A stretch of DNA of 64,000 bases from an uncultured Clostridium sp. GTDB taxonomy: Bacteria; Bacillota; Clostridia; Oscillospirales; Acutalibacteraceae. Positions 10,484 to 19,941 of the stretch are shown piece after piece; positions within the stretch are counted from its first letter, which is position 1; the number at the start of each line of letters is the position of its first letter. The stretch lies in assembly GCA_902471875.1 (NCBI GenBank), contig CABRLN010000004.1:7678-71677 (forward strand), read 5' to 3'. The notes beneath the pieces were generated by a model, which was given only the letters and a program-made list of their open reading frames with translations, was not told the DNA's origin and did no database searches. The position numbers were made by a program, and so were the translations under genes.

Positions 10484-11176
10484 TTATTCCTTAACTTCAA
10501 ACTTGTAACCAACGCCCCATACAGTTTTTAACTCCCATTGAGATGATACACCATCAATTTTCTCACGAAGTCTTTTTACATGAACATCAACTGTTCGTGA
10601 ATCACCGTAGTAGTCAAAGCCCCATACCTCGTCTAAAAGCTGATCTCTTGTGAACACACGGTTAGGATTGCTTGCCAAATGGTAAAGAAGTTCCATTTCT
10701 TTAGGTGGTGTGTCAATTTGCACACCGTCAACCTTAAGCTCATAATTTGTAAGGTTAATTGACAGCTTGTCCCATACAACCTCTTTAATATTTGGGGTTT
10801 CATTTGTGTTTGTGCGCCTTAAAACCGCATGTATTCTGGCAATAACCTCTTTAGCTTCAAAAGGCTTAACAACATAATCATCTGCCCCTAACTCTAAACC
10901 AAGAATCTTATCAAAAACTTCGCCTTTTGCTGTAAGCATAATTACAGGTACTTGTGATGTTTTTCTTATTTCTCTGCATACCTGCCAGCCGTCAAGCTCA
11001 GGCAACATAATATCAAGCATAACAAGGTCAGGTTTATCCTGTTCAAACAGTTTTAATGCTTGGGTGCCGTTGTAAGCAATAGCAGTGTCAAATCCGTCTT
11101 TTTCAATATATAGTCTTAAAAGCTCACAAATATTTGTATCATCATCTACAATTAAAATTTTTTTAGTTTTATTCAT
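10484..11176 (-). CDS. OmpR/PhoB-family response regulator
   Basis: Receiver domain (ILIVDDD, DLVMLDIMLPELDG, LTAK) plus winged-helix C-terminus (RVFTRDQLLDEVWG...VDVHVKRLREK...TVWGVGYKF). Confidence 0.96.
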   Translation of the reverse strand: MNKTKKILIVDDDTNICELLRLYIEKDGFDTAIAYNGTQALKLFEQDKPDLVMLDIMLPELDGWQVCREIRKTSQVPVIMLTAKGEVFDKILGLELGADDYVVKPFEAKEVIARIHAVLRRTNTNETPNIKEVVWDKLSINLTNYELKVDGVQIDTPPKEMELLYHLASNPNRVFTRDQLLDEVWGFDYYGDSRTVDVHVKRLREKIDGVSSQWELKTVWGVGYKFEVKE

Positions 11177-11496
11177 AATTTCCTCCTAAAATGCCACATC
11201 TTAATAAATATAATTATACCACAATAATTTTTATTTGTACATATTATACAGTAATTCACAGCTTAAATAATGAACAAACTAAGAATTAAAAAATAATAAA
11301 AGCTGAACATTGACATTTTTGGAAGAATTATGAAGATTAATGGGAGTGGTATATTATAATATATGGTATGCTTGTAAAATTATAAACATAATTTACATCT
11401 AAATGTTTTGCGAAAATATAATATTTATCATTTTAAATATTATAATTACAAGTTTTTGGGATACTTTGTTTTTTAGTGGAAATTAATAAATAATAG

Positions 11497-11532
11497 GGCA
11501 AAATCTATCACTGTTTAGTAACAGATTTTGCC
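11497..11532 (-). terminator. Intrinsic terminator downstream of spoIIID
   Basis: Stem GGCAAAATCT/AGATTTTGCC with an inner stem CTGTT/AACAG, followed on the minus strand by a T-rich tract. Confidence 0.75.
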
Positions 11533-11541
11533 GAAATGTTA

Positions 11542-11790
11542 TTATAACCCCTTGTATTTTTTGCGTGTTGCCATACCGCCACGAATATGTCTTTGTGCTT
11601 TGTTTATTTCAAGCACCTCTTTAACTTGACTGTACAATTGAGGATTTACATATTTTAATCTTTCGCTTACATCTTTATGTACTGTGCTTTTACTTACACC
11701 AAATTTTTTTGCTGCACTACGAACGGTAGCCTTGCTTTCGATTATATATTGTCCAAGCTCAACGGCTCGTTCTTCTACAATGCCTTTCAT
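11542..11790 (-). CDS. spoIIID: Sporulation transcriptional regulator SpoIIID
   Basis: 82 aa. The HTH segment ATVRSAAKKFGVSKSTVHKDV and the basic tail AQRHIRGGMATRKKYKG are near-diagnostic for SpoIIID. Confidence 0.95.
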   Translation of the reverse strand: MKGIVEERAVELGQYIIESKATVRSAAKKFGVSKSTVHKDVSERLKYVNPQLYSQVKEVLEINKAQRHIRGGMATRKKYKGL

Positions 11791-12132
11791 AAAATACCTC
11801 CATATAAGAAAGATATTTTATGTATATGCCAAAAATTCTTTTGATAGTACATTGATGTTGTGCAACATAAGGGTGATTGTTGGTACAGATTTGCTTTTTT
11901 CTTTACATATTAAAAAAAAAGATGTACTATAAACTAAGGAAACCTGAATAAATGATGACTAACAGCTTGGCATGCACCTTGCTTGCATAAATCTCATCAT
12001 ATTTTACAAAACTTCTTGACAGGCGACAGAATGCCTGCGGAATTTATGTTTCATCTGACGAAATTTCTGACTGCACAATATGTGCACTAGATTTAATCAA
12101 TGTTTCCCTAAATTAAAACGGAGGATGTAATA

Positions 12133-12630
12133 ATGAAGAAAAAAATGTTAGCGGTATTTATGGTGTTTTGTTTTTGCATCTGCTTTGTTTCTATAACAGG
12201 CTGTAACAGCAGTGAATCAATACAGCAAAGCAAATATACTTACAATAATGGCGAAATTGACATACAAACTCAGCAATATATAGAACAATTAATTGAAAAC
12301 TGGGCAGCAGCCTATAAAACTCATGATTTGATGTTGTATAATGACTGTGTAAGTGATAATCTGAAATACCGTGACAATTCTGAAAATAATGTTGAAGAAA
12401 CAAAAAATTACTTTGATACCGTTACTGATTGTACTATAACCCATATAGATTTTAAATCAGCTAAAAAAAGTGACAATAAGGTTTATAGCTTACCGGTGTC
12501 ATATAATATAACATATAATGAAAAATTTAAGGAAGAAAATGGATTAAAAACGGGCGAAAACAATATAAATGTTATTATGATGATAAAAGAAAGCTCGGGA
12601 AGCAAATTTTATATAGTTGATATACAGTAA
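12133..12630 (+). CDS. Hypothetical lipoprotein (possible NTF2/SnoaL-like fold)
   Basis: Signal peptide with lipobox SITGC, GGAGGA SD. No recognisable catalytic motif. Confidence 0.6.
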   Translation: MKKKMLAVFMVFCFCICFVSITGCNSSESIQQSKYTYNNGEIDIQTQQYIEQLIENWAAAYKTHDLMLYNDCVSDNLKYRDNSENNVEETKNYFDTVTDCTITHIDFKSAKKSDNKVYSLPVSYNITYNEKFKEENGLKTGENNINVIMMIKESSGSKFYIVDIQ

Positions 12631-12780
12631 GTAGTATTAAATACTGTTTGAACTATATAATAGGTTATCGATAAAAAATGTGTTCAGTATATCAATGCCA
12701 ACGCAGTGTAGGGCAAATTTTGCCGATAAAATGTCATTGGTTTAAATGATGCTTATATAAGTAGTTGTATAAATGTAATT

Positions 12781-12812
12781 AAAGCCTCAGTGAAATGTGA
12801 ACTGAGGCTTTT
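12781..12812. terminator. Bidirectional intrinsic terminator (lipoprotein gene + / thiN -)
   Basis: Hairpin AAAGCCTCAGT-9 nt-ACTGAGGCTTT followed by TTTTG on the plus strand. It sits 9 nt beyond the thiN stop. Confidence 0.8.
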
Positions 12813-12820
12813 GTGTATTG

Positions 12821-13462
12821 TTATTCGCTTTGCAGGTTGTTTACCATTACAAGTACACCGCCGTCATGTGTTATTATAACCGAGCTTTCATCAGTTGCTA
12901 TATTGCTTATACCAATAGGAAAGTCAGAGGTCATTTTAAGCTTTTCGGCCTTATACTTAAAACCATTTAAGGTTACCTCTGCATAGCTGCAACCGTATGG
13001 AAGAACAGAAACGGTTTGATTTTTACAGCTAAGGTTTATTTTATCTTCTGTGTAATAAATACTTGTAAAAGTGTCTTTGATAACAGCTTTGCAGTTTTGG
13101 CGATATAAATATTGTAATAATGCAAAGTGTGCGTACATGTGGTCAATCCTACCGCCTGTAGCAGCTAAAATTAAAAAATTGTTAAACCCCTTTGAAACAG
13201 CATATTTTGCACAGTAAACGCTGTCTGTATCGTCTTTTTCTACAGGTAGTTTAACAACAGACAATGTATTGTTTGCTTGCAATTTTGATGAATCAAAATC
13301 GCCAATAATTAAATTGGGTTTTATATTTACGGTATTTGCTGTATTATAGCCGCCGTCTGCACAAATTATATAATCATTTGGTTTTATCTGACTTTTAATA
13401 AAATCAGCCTGATAATAAGGTGATGCACAAATAATAACACATCGGTTCACTTTTTTTGCCAC
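12821..13462 (-). CDS. thiN: Thiamine pyrophosphokinase
   Basis: Motifs GDFDS, KDDTD and GGRIDH. Overlaps the 3' end of rsgA by 16 nt, as in the Bacillus rsgA...thiN context. Confidence 0.9.
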   Translation of the reverse strand: MAKKVNRCVIICASPYYQADFIKSQIKPNDYIICADGGYNTANTVNIKPNLIIGDFDSSKLQANNTLSVVKLPVEKDDTDSVYCAKYAVSKGFNNFLILAATGGRIDHMYAHFALLQYLYRQNCKAVIKDTFTSIYYTEDKINLSCKNQTVSVLPYGCSYAEVTLNGFKYKAEKLKMTSDFPIGISNIATDESSVIITHDGGVLVMVNNLQSE

Positions 13463-14331
13463 TCCTTTATATCCTTTACCTCGTTATACATTTCAACATA
13501 GCTGTTATGGCGTGACTTGTTAATGCTTCCGTCCTTAACAGCCAGCAGTACTGCACAGCCCTTTTCGCAAATATGAGCACAAGAGTTAAATTTGCAGCAG
13601 GTAAGGTAATTTTCAAATTCAGGAAAGCAATTGGCTAAATCGTCTTTATTTATTAATTCATAGCGTTCAAGGTCAACTGTTGAAAACCCGGGGGTGTCTG
13701 CCACATAACCTCTGTCTGTTTTATACAGCTCTACACTTCTTGTTGTATGTCTGCCTCTTCCAAGTTTTTTGCTTATATCGCCTGTTTCTATGTTGAATTC
13801 AGGAAAAAGGCAGTTAAGCAGCGAAGATTTTCCTACACCTGAATTACCGGTAAAGGCAACAATACTGTCTTTCAATAATTCTTTGATTGTTTCTGAACCC
13901 TCGCCGGTTACCGATGAAAAAGAAATGGTTTTTATACCTGAATTTTTATAAATTTCCTGAAGCTCATTTGCCGACTGTAAATCAACCTTAGAAAAAACTA
14001 TTACAGGTTCAATGCCCTTATTTATAGCAGTAGCTGTCATTTTATCAATAATAAAAAGGTTTGGTGAAGGCTGACAAACTGATGATACTATAACAATTTT
14101 GTCAATGTTAGCAATAGCAGGTCTTATAATTTTATTTTTTCGTGGTAATATTTTTTCAATAGCACCATAGCCGTCTTTAGGAATATTTATCTCTACATGG
14201 TCACCTACAACAGGCGAAAGTCCTTTTTTTCTAAAGACTCCTCTTGCTTTACATTCAATTATGCAGTTATTGGCTTCAACATAATAAAATCCACCAATCA
14301 GCTTTACTACAAGTCCTTCAACATTTGACAT
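13447..14331 (-). CDS. rsgA: Ribosome small-subunit-dependent GTPase A
   Basis: Circularly permuted GTPase motifs (SKVDL, GNSGVGKSSLLN, GRGRHTT) and a C-terminal Zn cluster CKFNSCAHICEKGCAV. I prefer the start at MSNVEG (GGTGG SD) over the track start at 14343. Confidence 0.93.
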   Translation of the reverse strand: MSNVEGLVVKLIGGFYYVEANNCIIECKARGVFRKKGLSPVVGDHVEINIPKDGYGAIEKILPRKNKIIRPAIANIDKIVIVSSVCQPSPNLFIIDKMTATAINKGIEPVIVFSKVDLQSANELQEIYKNSGIKTISFSSVTGEGSETIKELLKDSIVAFTGNSGVGKSSLLNCLFPEFNIETGDISKKLGRGRHTTRSVELYKTDRGYVADTPGFSTVDLERYELINKDDLANCFPEFENYLTCCKFNSCAHICEKGCAVLLAVKDGSINKSRHNSYVEMYNEVKDIKEWQKK

Positions 14332-14835
14332 TAAATAAACCACCTTTTTTAATATACTTATATTTTAACATATTATTCCACAAAGTACAAAGACAAAATA
14401 ATAATTTGTTTACATAAAAAGGTATAACAAAGTATTTTATTTATTGGTTAATATAATAAATTATTATAGAATGTAAAAATATATTAAATTAAATGATTGT
14501 TGAACAGTAATAGCAAAGTATATTGCAAACAAAACGCATATAGTATTTTACATAATGATAACTCTATGTAATAATTAATAAGTATATAGTTTAATTTATT
14601 AATTAGAGCATACCTGAAAACAGAAAAATGACTGAATATTTTGTTATTGAGAGGTGAGTTGGAGTAAAATAGCACAGAAATACCAACGTGTTTCAAGCAT
14701 TTTTTGCAATGAAATCACTTGCATTAGTAGAAGTAGACAGTTATTTGAGTTTTTAGATAGCCCTCAGAAATATTTTTTTAATTTTGTGTCACACAGACGA
14801 ATATTGGTTGTCTAATTAAATAGGAGGTAAAAACT

Positions 14836-15687
14836 ATGGATAAAATAACAAACAAAGAATTATTAATTTTAATTGACAAAGCAACAGCAGGCAACAAAAA
14901 ATCACTTGAAACAATTATTTTCAGTGTACAGGATTTAGTGTTTAATCTTTCTTTAAGGATGTTAGGTACTTTTTCAGACGCAGAAGATGCTACGCAAGAT
15001 ATTTTGCTGAAAATAATAACCCATTTATCATCCTTTAAAAAAGAAAGTTCATTTTCTACGTGGGTGTATAGTATTGCTTTGAATCATTTAAAAAATTATA
15101 AAAAGCATATGTTTGCACATTACCCTTTAAGCTTTGAATTTTACGAAAATGATATAAAAAACGGACAGGTTGAAGATGTACCGGATTTGACACAAAATGT
15201 AGAAAGAGATATTTTAGCAGAGGAATTAAAAATGTCTTGTACAAACGTAATGTTGCAATGTCTGGATACCGAAAGCAGATGTATTTTTATATTGGGAACA
15301 ATGTTTAATATTGACAGCCGCATAGCAGGTGAAGTATTGGGTATAACACCTGAAACATATAGACAGAGGCTTTCAAGGATTCGTAAAAAAATGGCATCAT
15401 TTTTATATGAATACTGCGGTGAATATGGTTGTGGAAACTGTAAGTGCAGTAACAGAATAAATTATGCTATTAAAAATCACAGAATAAATCCTGCACATTT
15501 GGATTTTACTGCTGCTACTGAAATACCAAGGCAAACTATGCTTGATGTAAAAAATGCTATGGAAGATATTGATGACTTATCGCAGGAATTCTCTTTTTGC
15601 AAAGCCTATAAGTCGCCTGAGAGTTTGAAACAATTTATAAAAGAATTTTTAGATTCAGGAATGCTTTCTATTGTAAAAAATAATTGA
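14836..15687 (+). CDS. ECF-type sigma-70 family factor with an approximately 85-aa Cys-rich C-terminal extension
   Basis: Region 2 (DAEDATQDILLKI...FSTWVYSIALNHLKNYKK) and region 4 (ESRCIFILGTMFNIDSRIAGEVLGITPETYRQRLSRIRKKM). The extension contains YCGEYGCGNCKC. AGGAGG SD present. Confidence 0.85.
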   Translation: MDKITNKELLILIDKATAGNKKSLETIIFSVQDLVFNLSLRMLGTFSDAEDATQDILLKIITHLSSFKKESSFSTWVYSIALNHLKNYKKHMFAHYPLSFEFYENDIKNGQVEDVPDLTQNVERDILAEELKMSCTNVMLQCLDTESRCIFILGTMFNIDSRIAGEVLGITPETYRQRLSRIRKKMASFLYEYCGEYGCGNCKCSNRINYAIKNHRINPAHLDFTAATEIPRQTMLDVKNAMEDIDDLSQEFSFCKAYKSPESLKQFIKEFLDSGMLSIVKNN

Positions 15688-16389
15688 ATGGAGATTTTAA
15701 AAAATATGAACACACAGATTATATTAAAATATTTATCAGAATTAAGTTATAATAACAATCGCGAATGGTATCATGACCATAAGAATGATTATAAAAATGC
15801 TAATATGCAGTTTGAAGCATTATTACAGGAATTAATTTTGAAAATAGGAAAATTTGACAAAAGCATTTTGAATAATATTCCTAAGGAACTTACATTTAAA
15901 CTTGTGCGAGATACACGTTTTAGTCATGATAAATCACCCTATAATCCTGCTTTTAGGGCACATATTTCATCTAAAGGAAAATTACCGATTCCGGTTGGTT
16001 ACTATATTATGATTAAGCCTGACAATCAATCTTTTTTAGGCGGCGGTTTATTCGCAGATATGTTTAAGGATGCAACAACGATGGTAAGAGATTATATTTC
16101 TGCAAATTCTGACGAATGGGATAAAATTATTCATGCTGAAAATTTTCAGAAATACTTTACAATACAGGGGACGACGTTAAAGAACGTTCCTCGTGGGTAT
16201 GATAAAGAAAGTCCGCAGGCTGAGTTTTTGAAATTTAAAAGTTGGTATTTGGAATATCCGATAAAAGATGAAGAATTGCAAAATTCAGAAAATTTTTTAG
16301 ACCAAGCGGTAAAAATTTTTGAAGCTATGAAGCCCTTTAATGATTACTTAAATAAAGCTCTTGTTGATTTTAAAATGCCTCAACGATGA
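15688..16389 (+). CDS. DUF2461 (TIGR02453) family protein
   Basis: Length about 230 aa. The family motif RxxRDxRFxxxKxxY is seen as KLVRDTRFSHDKSPYN. Its ATG directly abuts the sigma-factor TGA. Confidence 0.8.
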   Translation: MEILKNMNTQIILKYLSELSYNNNREWYHDHKNDYKNANMQFEALLQELILKIGKFDKSILNNIPKELTFKLVRDTRFSHDKSPYNPAFRAHISSKGKLPIPVGYYIMIKPDNQSFLGGGLFADMFKDATTMVRDYISANSDEWDKIIHAENFQKYFTIQGTTLKNVPRGYDKESPQAEFLKFKSWYLEYPIKDEELQNSENFLDQAVKIFEAMKPFNDYLNKALVDFKMPQR

Positions 16390-16536
16390 TGAATATGATG
16401 ATTATAGAAAGATGAAAAATTAAAAAATATTCCTAAAATAAAAATGACATATTATCAATGGTATAATTTAATTTAGTTAAGGATTATTTTTTCTAATACT
16501 CTTATTATATCAAAATAATGAATGGCAATCTTTTAT

Positions 16537-16565
16537 TTTACAAATTTCTATTGATGGGTTATAAT
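16537..16565 (+). promoter_or_regulatory. Sigma-A type promoter upstream of pgm
   Basis: TTTACA, 17-nt spacer, TATAAT, located 38 nt upstream of the preferred start. Confidence 0.55.
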
Positions 16566-16602
16566 AACCATATATAAGACATAGAAAGGATTGTCAGAAA
16601 TT

Positions 16603-18102
16603 ATGGATAAATTTTGGAGTCAATTCAAAAGCGGCACAGATATACGCGGAATAGCAAGTGAAGGTGTTGAGGGACAAGCTGTAAACCTTACAAATCAAGT
16701 TGTAACAGCCATTACGAAAGGTTTTGTAAAGTGGTTGTGTGACAAAACCGGTAAAAACGGTACAGCTTTAACTATTGCAGTTGGCAGAGACAGCCGTATT
16801 TCGGGTCCTCGTATAATAGAACAGGTTGAAAACGCACTTATGTCACACGGTGTACAGATGCTTAATTGTGGTTTGGCGTCAACTCCGTCAATGTTTATGA
16901 CAACTGTTGACCTAAACTGTGACGGTGCAGTACAAATTACAGCCAGCCACCATCCATTTAACCGCAACGGATTAAAGTTTTTTACCGTTGATGGAGGACT
17001 GGAGTCAGAGGATATTACAGTACTGCTTGAAAATGCTCAGAACAAATGCTTTGCACCTGAGTGTAGCGGTGGTAAGACAACCGCTGTAGATTATATGTCA
17101 CAGTATTGCGAACATTTAAAAGATATGATTTGCAAGGAAGTAAACAGCGAGAATTATAACAAACCTCTTGAAGGCTTTAAAATTGTTGTTGATGCAGGCA
17201 ACGGTGCAGGCGGATTTTATGCAAATAAGGTGCTTTTACCACTTGGTGCCGACACAACAGGAAGCCAGTTTTTAGAACCTGACGGAATGTTTCCTAACCA
17301 TGTGCCAAACCCAGAGGACGCAACGGCTATGAGCTTTATAAGCAAGGCTGTGCTTGACAACAATGCAGACTTGGGTGTAATTTTTGATACTGATGTTGAC
17401 CGTGGAGGTGCTGTTGACAGCACAGGAAACGAAATTAACCGTAACCGTCTTGTAGCAGTAGCGTCAGCTATTGCACTTGAAGGAGTTAAGGGAGGCACAG
17501 TTGTTACAGACTCGACAACCTCGGCAGGCTTAAAAATTTTTATTGAAAAGGATTTGCAGGGAAAGCACCATCGCTTTAAGAGAGGCTATAAAAATGTTAT
17601 TAACGAGGCAATTCGTTTGAACAAAGAGGGAATTAATTGTCCGTTGGCTATCGAAACCTCGGGTCATGCTGCAATGAGAGAGAATTACTTTCTTGACGAC
17701 GGTGCTTATTTGTGTACAAAAATTATAATTAAAATGGCACAACTGCGAAAAGAAGGTAAGAATATTTCAAGCTTAACAGCAAACTTGAAAGAACCTGTTG
17801 AAAGCAGAGAGGTTCGCTTTAAAATAACAGACAATGATTTTAAAGCTACCGGCAACAGAATTATAAGTGAGCTAGAGGAATATGCCAAAAAGCAGCAGGG
17901 CTGGATTATTGCAGATGACAGCCGAGAAGGAATTAGAGTTTCGTTTGGTAAAAACAACGGTGACGGATGGTTTTTGTTAAGATTAAGTGTTCATGACCCT
18001 ATTATGCCTTTAAATATTGAAAGTGATACTCAGGGCGGTGTTGATATTATTCTTGATAAGCTTATGATATTCTTAAAAACCTGCAATGGTTTAGATGTAT
18101 AA
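16603..18102 (+). CDS. Phosphoglucomutase/phosphomannomutase (alpha-D-phosphohexomutase family)
   Basis: Active-site Ser loop TASHHPFNRNG, Mg loop DTDVDRGG, sugar loop ETSGH. I prefer ATG 16603 over the track TTG 16591, which has no spacing to the SD. Confidence 0.92.
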   Translation: MDKFWSQFKSGTDIRGIASEGVEGQAVNLTNQVVTAITKGFVKWLCDKTGKNGTALTIAVGRDSRISGPRIIEQVENALMSHGVQMLNCGLASTPSMFMTTVDLNCDGAVQITASHHPFNRNGLKFFTVDGGLESEDITVLLENAQNKCFAPECSGGKTTAVDYMSQYCEHLKDMICKEVNSENYNKPLEGFKIVVDAGNGAGGFYANKVLLPLGADTTGSQFLEPDGMFPNHVPNPEDATAMSFISKAVLDNNADLGVIFDTDVDRGGAVDSTGNEINRNRLVAVASAIALEGVKGGTVVTDSTTSAGLKIFIEKDLQGKHHRFKRGYKNVINEAIRLNKEGINCPLAIETSGHAAMRENYFLDDGAYLCTKIIIKMAQLRKEGKNISSLTANLKEPVESREVRFKITDNDFKATGNRIISELEEYAKKQQGWIIADDSREGIRVSFGKNNGDGWFLLRLSVHDPIMPLNIESDTQGGVDIILDKLMIFLKTCNGLDV

Positions 18103-18124
18103 ATCTGCAGTAAACTAAAAAACA

Positions 18125-18168
18125 AAACCACACTAAGCTGTTTAAAACAATACAGCTTAGTGTGGTTT
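18125..18168. terminator. Bidirectional intrinsic terminator (pgm + / yaiI -)
   Basis: 16-bp perfect stem AAACCACACTAAGCTG/CAGCTTAGTGTGGTTT with T-rich runs on both strands. Confidence 0.9.
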
Positions 18169-18171
18169 ACT

Positions 18172-18645
18172 TTATTTGTTGTTTTGATATACCCGTTGTT
18201 CTTTTATAGATATTTCAATCAATTTTAAAAATGATTTTCTGAAGCTTTCATCATCACTTTGTTTGCGCTTTGCAGGTCCTTTTAAATGATGCTTTGATGA
18301 ACTGCTTCTTATCTTTTTTGTAACATACCGTGAGTATAACAGTTGCGAAATATTATCGTCAGTATAAATTAAACCATTTTGGTTAAGACAACGGCACTTT
18401 CTGCTTAAAGCCATTGCAGCAACACCGTAATCCTGCGTAATAACAATATCACCGGGTTTGCACCTGTTAATAAGTTCAAAATCAACAGCATCAGCTCCTG
18501 CACCTACTGTTATAACCTTGCCGTAGTTACAGTTAAGTATATGATTTGTGTCACACATAACTGCCAAATTAATGCTGTACTGTTGGCAGATTAATTCTGT
18601 TTCTTTTACTACAGGACAGCCGTCAGCGTCTATAAATACAGTCAT
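18172..18645 (-). CDS. YaiI/YqxD family protein (DUF188)
   Basis: N-terminus MTVFIDADGCP and GDIVITQDYGVAAMA parallel E. coli YaiI (IWVDADACP, GDLVITADIPLAA). Confidence 0.85.
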   Translation of the reverse strand: MTVFIDADGCPVVKETELICQQYSINLAVMCDTNHILNCNYGKVITVGAGADAVDFELINRCKPGDIVITQDYGVAAMALSRKCRCLNQNGLIYTDDNISQLLYSRYVTKKIRSSSSKHHLKGPAKRKQSDDESFRKSFLKLIEISIKEQRVYQNNK

Positions 18646-18655
18646 ATTATCTCCT

Positions 18656-19705
18656 TTAAATACAATACAGGTTAGTGTCCCACAATGGTATATATGGGTG
18701 GTGTCTTAGATAAAATTTATATTCGGGATTAATGGCGTAGATAAGTAAAATAAGCTCAAATAAATCCTCAAAGGTGTGGTAAGCGGCAATGTTAAGTTTC
18801 GGCTTTTTTATGCTAAGAGTGTTTATACCGCCTGCCAAAGCCTGCTTTTCAGCACCCTCAACATCCATTTTTATATAAGTTACATTATAGTTTTTACACA
18901 GGGTATCTATAGTCGTTGTCTTTACGGGTGTACCTGTGGTGCATATGGTTGAGTTTCTGCCGCCTTTATTCGAAAAATATAATATGGTGTTGTTTTTCCA
19001 AATGGTCTTTTGGTGTGCGGTTATATTAGGCTTACCATTTATATATTCGCAAAGCTTTTTGTAGGTTTTGGGGTCCGGTTCAAGTGCAATTACATTGCCA
19101 TATCCGCCTGTTTCATTAATAAGCTCGGCTATAGTGTCGCCACGGTATGCACCTAAATCAAGGTAGTTTTCAGCCGCAGTTAATTTAAGTATATTTTTAA
19201 ATGCTTCTTTCTTATTGTCAGTACAGTTCCATAAATATTTTAACCTTCCGGTGTAATAAAATTTTACAGCATTTTCAAAAACAGTCCTTGAACGCATATC
19301 GCTCAAAAGAGAATATGCCGTTTTTATCTTTTCTTTATTGCTTTGCAAAAATGCATAGTCAAATACATTTTTGCCAAAAACAGGAACATTAGGTATAACA
19401 ACATTGTGCTTTTGCGAAATATTTTTTATGTTATTAATAACATCTTCAATTTGTGTGCCAAATGTAACGGCAATAACAATGTCTTTATATTTTCCTTCAA
19501 AATAACTCAACTTTTGTACAGTAAATCCTTTGTAGCTTTGTCCTCTTACAAAATCATCGCTTGCCATTACACCACTGCATTTTATTCCATAGCATTCAAA
19601 CAGCTTAAGTACTTTGTCTGCACCGTTCCCCATGCCGTACAATATAATAGGTTTGTTTGTGTTTTGCAGAAACTGCCATATGTTTTCTTCATTAAAATAA
19701 CTCAT
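18656..19705 (-). CDS. FkbM-family SAM-dependent methyltransferase with N-terminal Rossmann-like domain
   Basis: C-half has LDLGAYRGDT...ALEPDP...YIKMDVEGAEKQAL, typical of FkbM methyltransferases. Lies 10 nt upstream of yaiI. Confidence 0.8.
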   Translation of the reverse strand: MSYFNEENIWQFLQNTNKPIILYGMGNGADKVLKLFECYGIKCSGVMASDDFVRGQSYKGFTVQKLSYFEGKYKDIVIAVTFGTQIEDVINNIKNISQKHNVVIPNVPVFGKNVFDYAFLQSNKEKIKTAYSLLSDMRSRTVFENAVKFYYTGRLKYLWNCTDNKKEAFKNILKLTAAENYLDLGAYRGDTIAELINETGGYGNVIALEPDPKTYKKLCEYINGKPNITAHQKTIWKNNTILYFSNKGGRNSTICTTGTPVKTTTIDTLCKNYNVTYIKMDVEGAEKQALAGGINTLSIKKPKLNIAAYHTFEDLFELILLIYAINPEYKFYLRHHPYIPLWDTNLYCI

Positions 19706-19941
19706 TATATCACCATATTAATGATACTATATATTTTTTTAACCGTCAATTATAGAACATGAATGTATAATGTTGCGAAATTTTTACTTGTTTTTTATCA
19801 AAATTTGTATTAATTATTAATTTATTGTAGTTATAACTGTTTTTAGTTCTAATTTTGAAATTTATACTTGATATTTTTGTTTTTTTAATGTATGATTTAT
19901 TTTGTAAAGTTAATATTGTTTAATTTGGAGGATTGTTAATA

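Noticed and set aside
11791-11860. Possible sigma-E-type promoter for spoIIID (minus-strand GGCATATACATAAAAT region).
   Set aside because: It only loosely resembles the CATACA-T -10 consensus, and I could not find a convincing -35 at proper spacing. It cannot be supported by eye.
11950-12006. Hairpin-like element (ATGATGA...TCATCAT with inner ATGCA/TGCAT) followed by ATTTT, in the spoIIID/lipoprotein intergenic region. Considered as a small RNA or orphan terminator.
   Set aside because: The stems are short and AT-rich with large internal loops, and there is no upstream promoter or gene on that strand. Support is too weak.
14484-14696. 70-aa minus-strand ORF in the 492-nt AT-rich spacer upstream of the ECF sigma gene.
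   Set aside because: It is a low-complexity Ile/Leu/Asn/Tyr-rich translation of AT-rich DNA, with no SD and no motif. It is probably non-coding promoter DNA for the divergent rsgA and sigma genes.
19343-19762. 139-aa plus-strand ORF overlapping the fkbM gene and its upstream region.
   Set aside because: It is antisense to a gene with clear FkbM motifs, is low-complexity and AT-driven, and has no SD.
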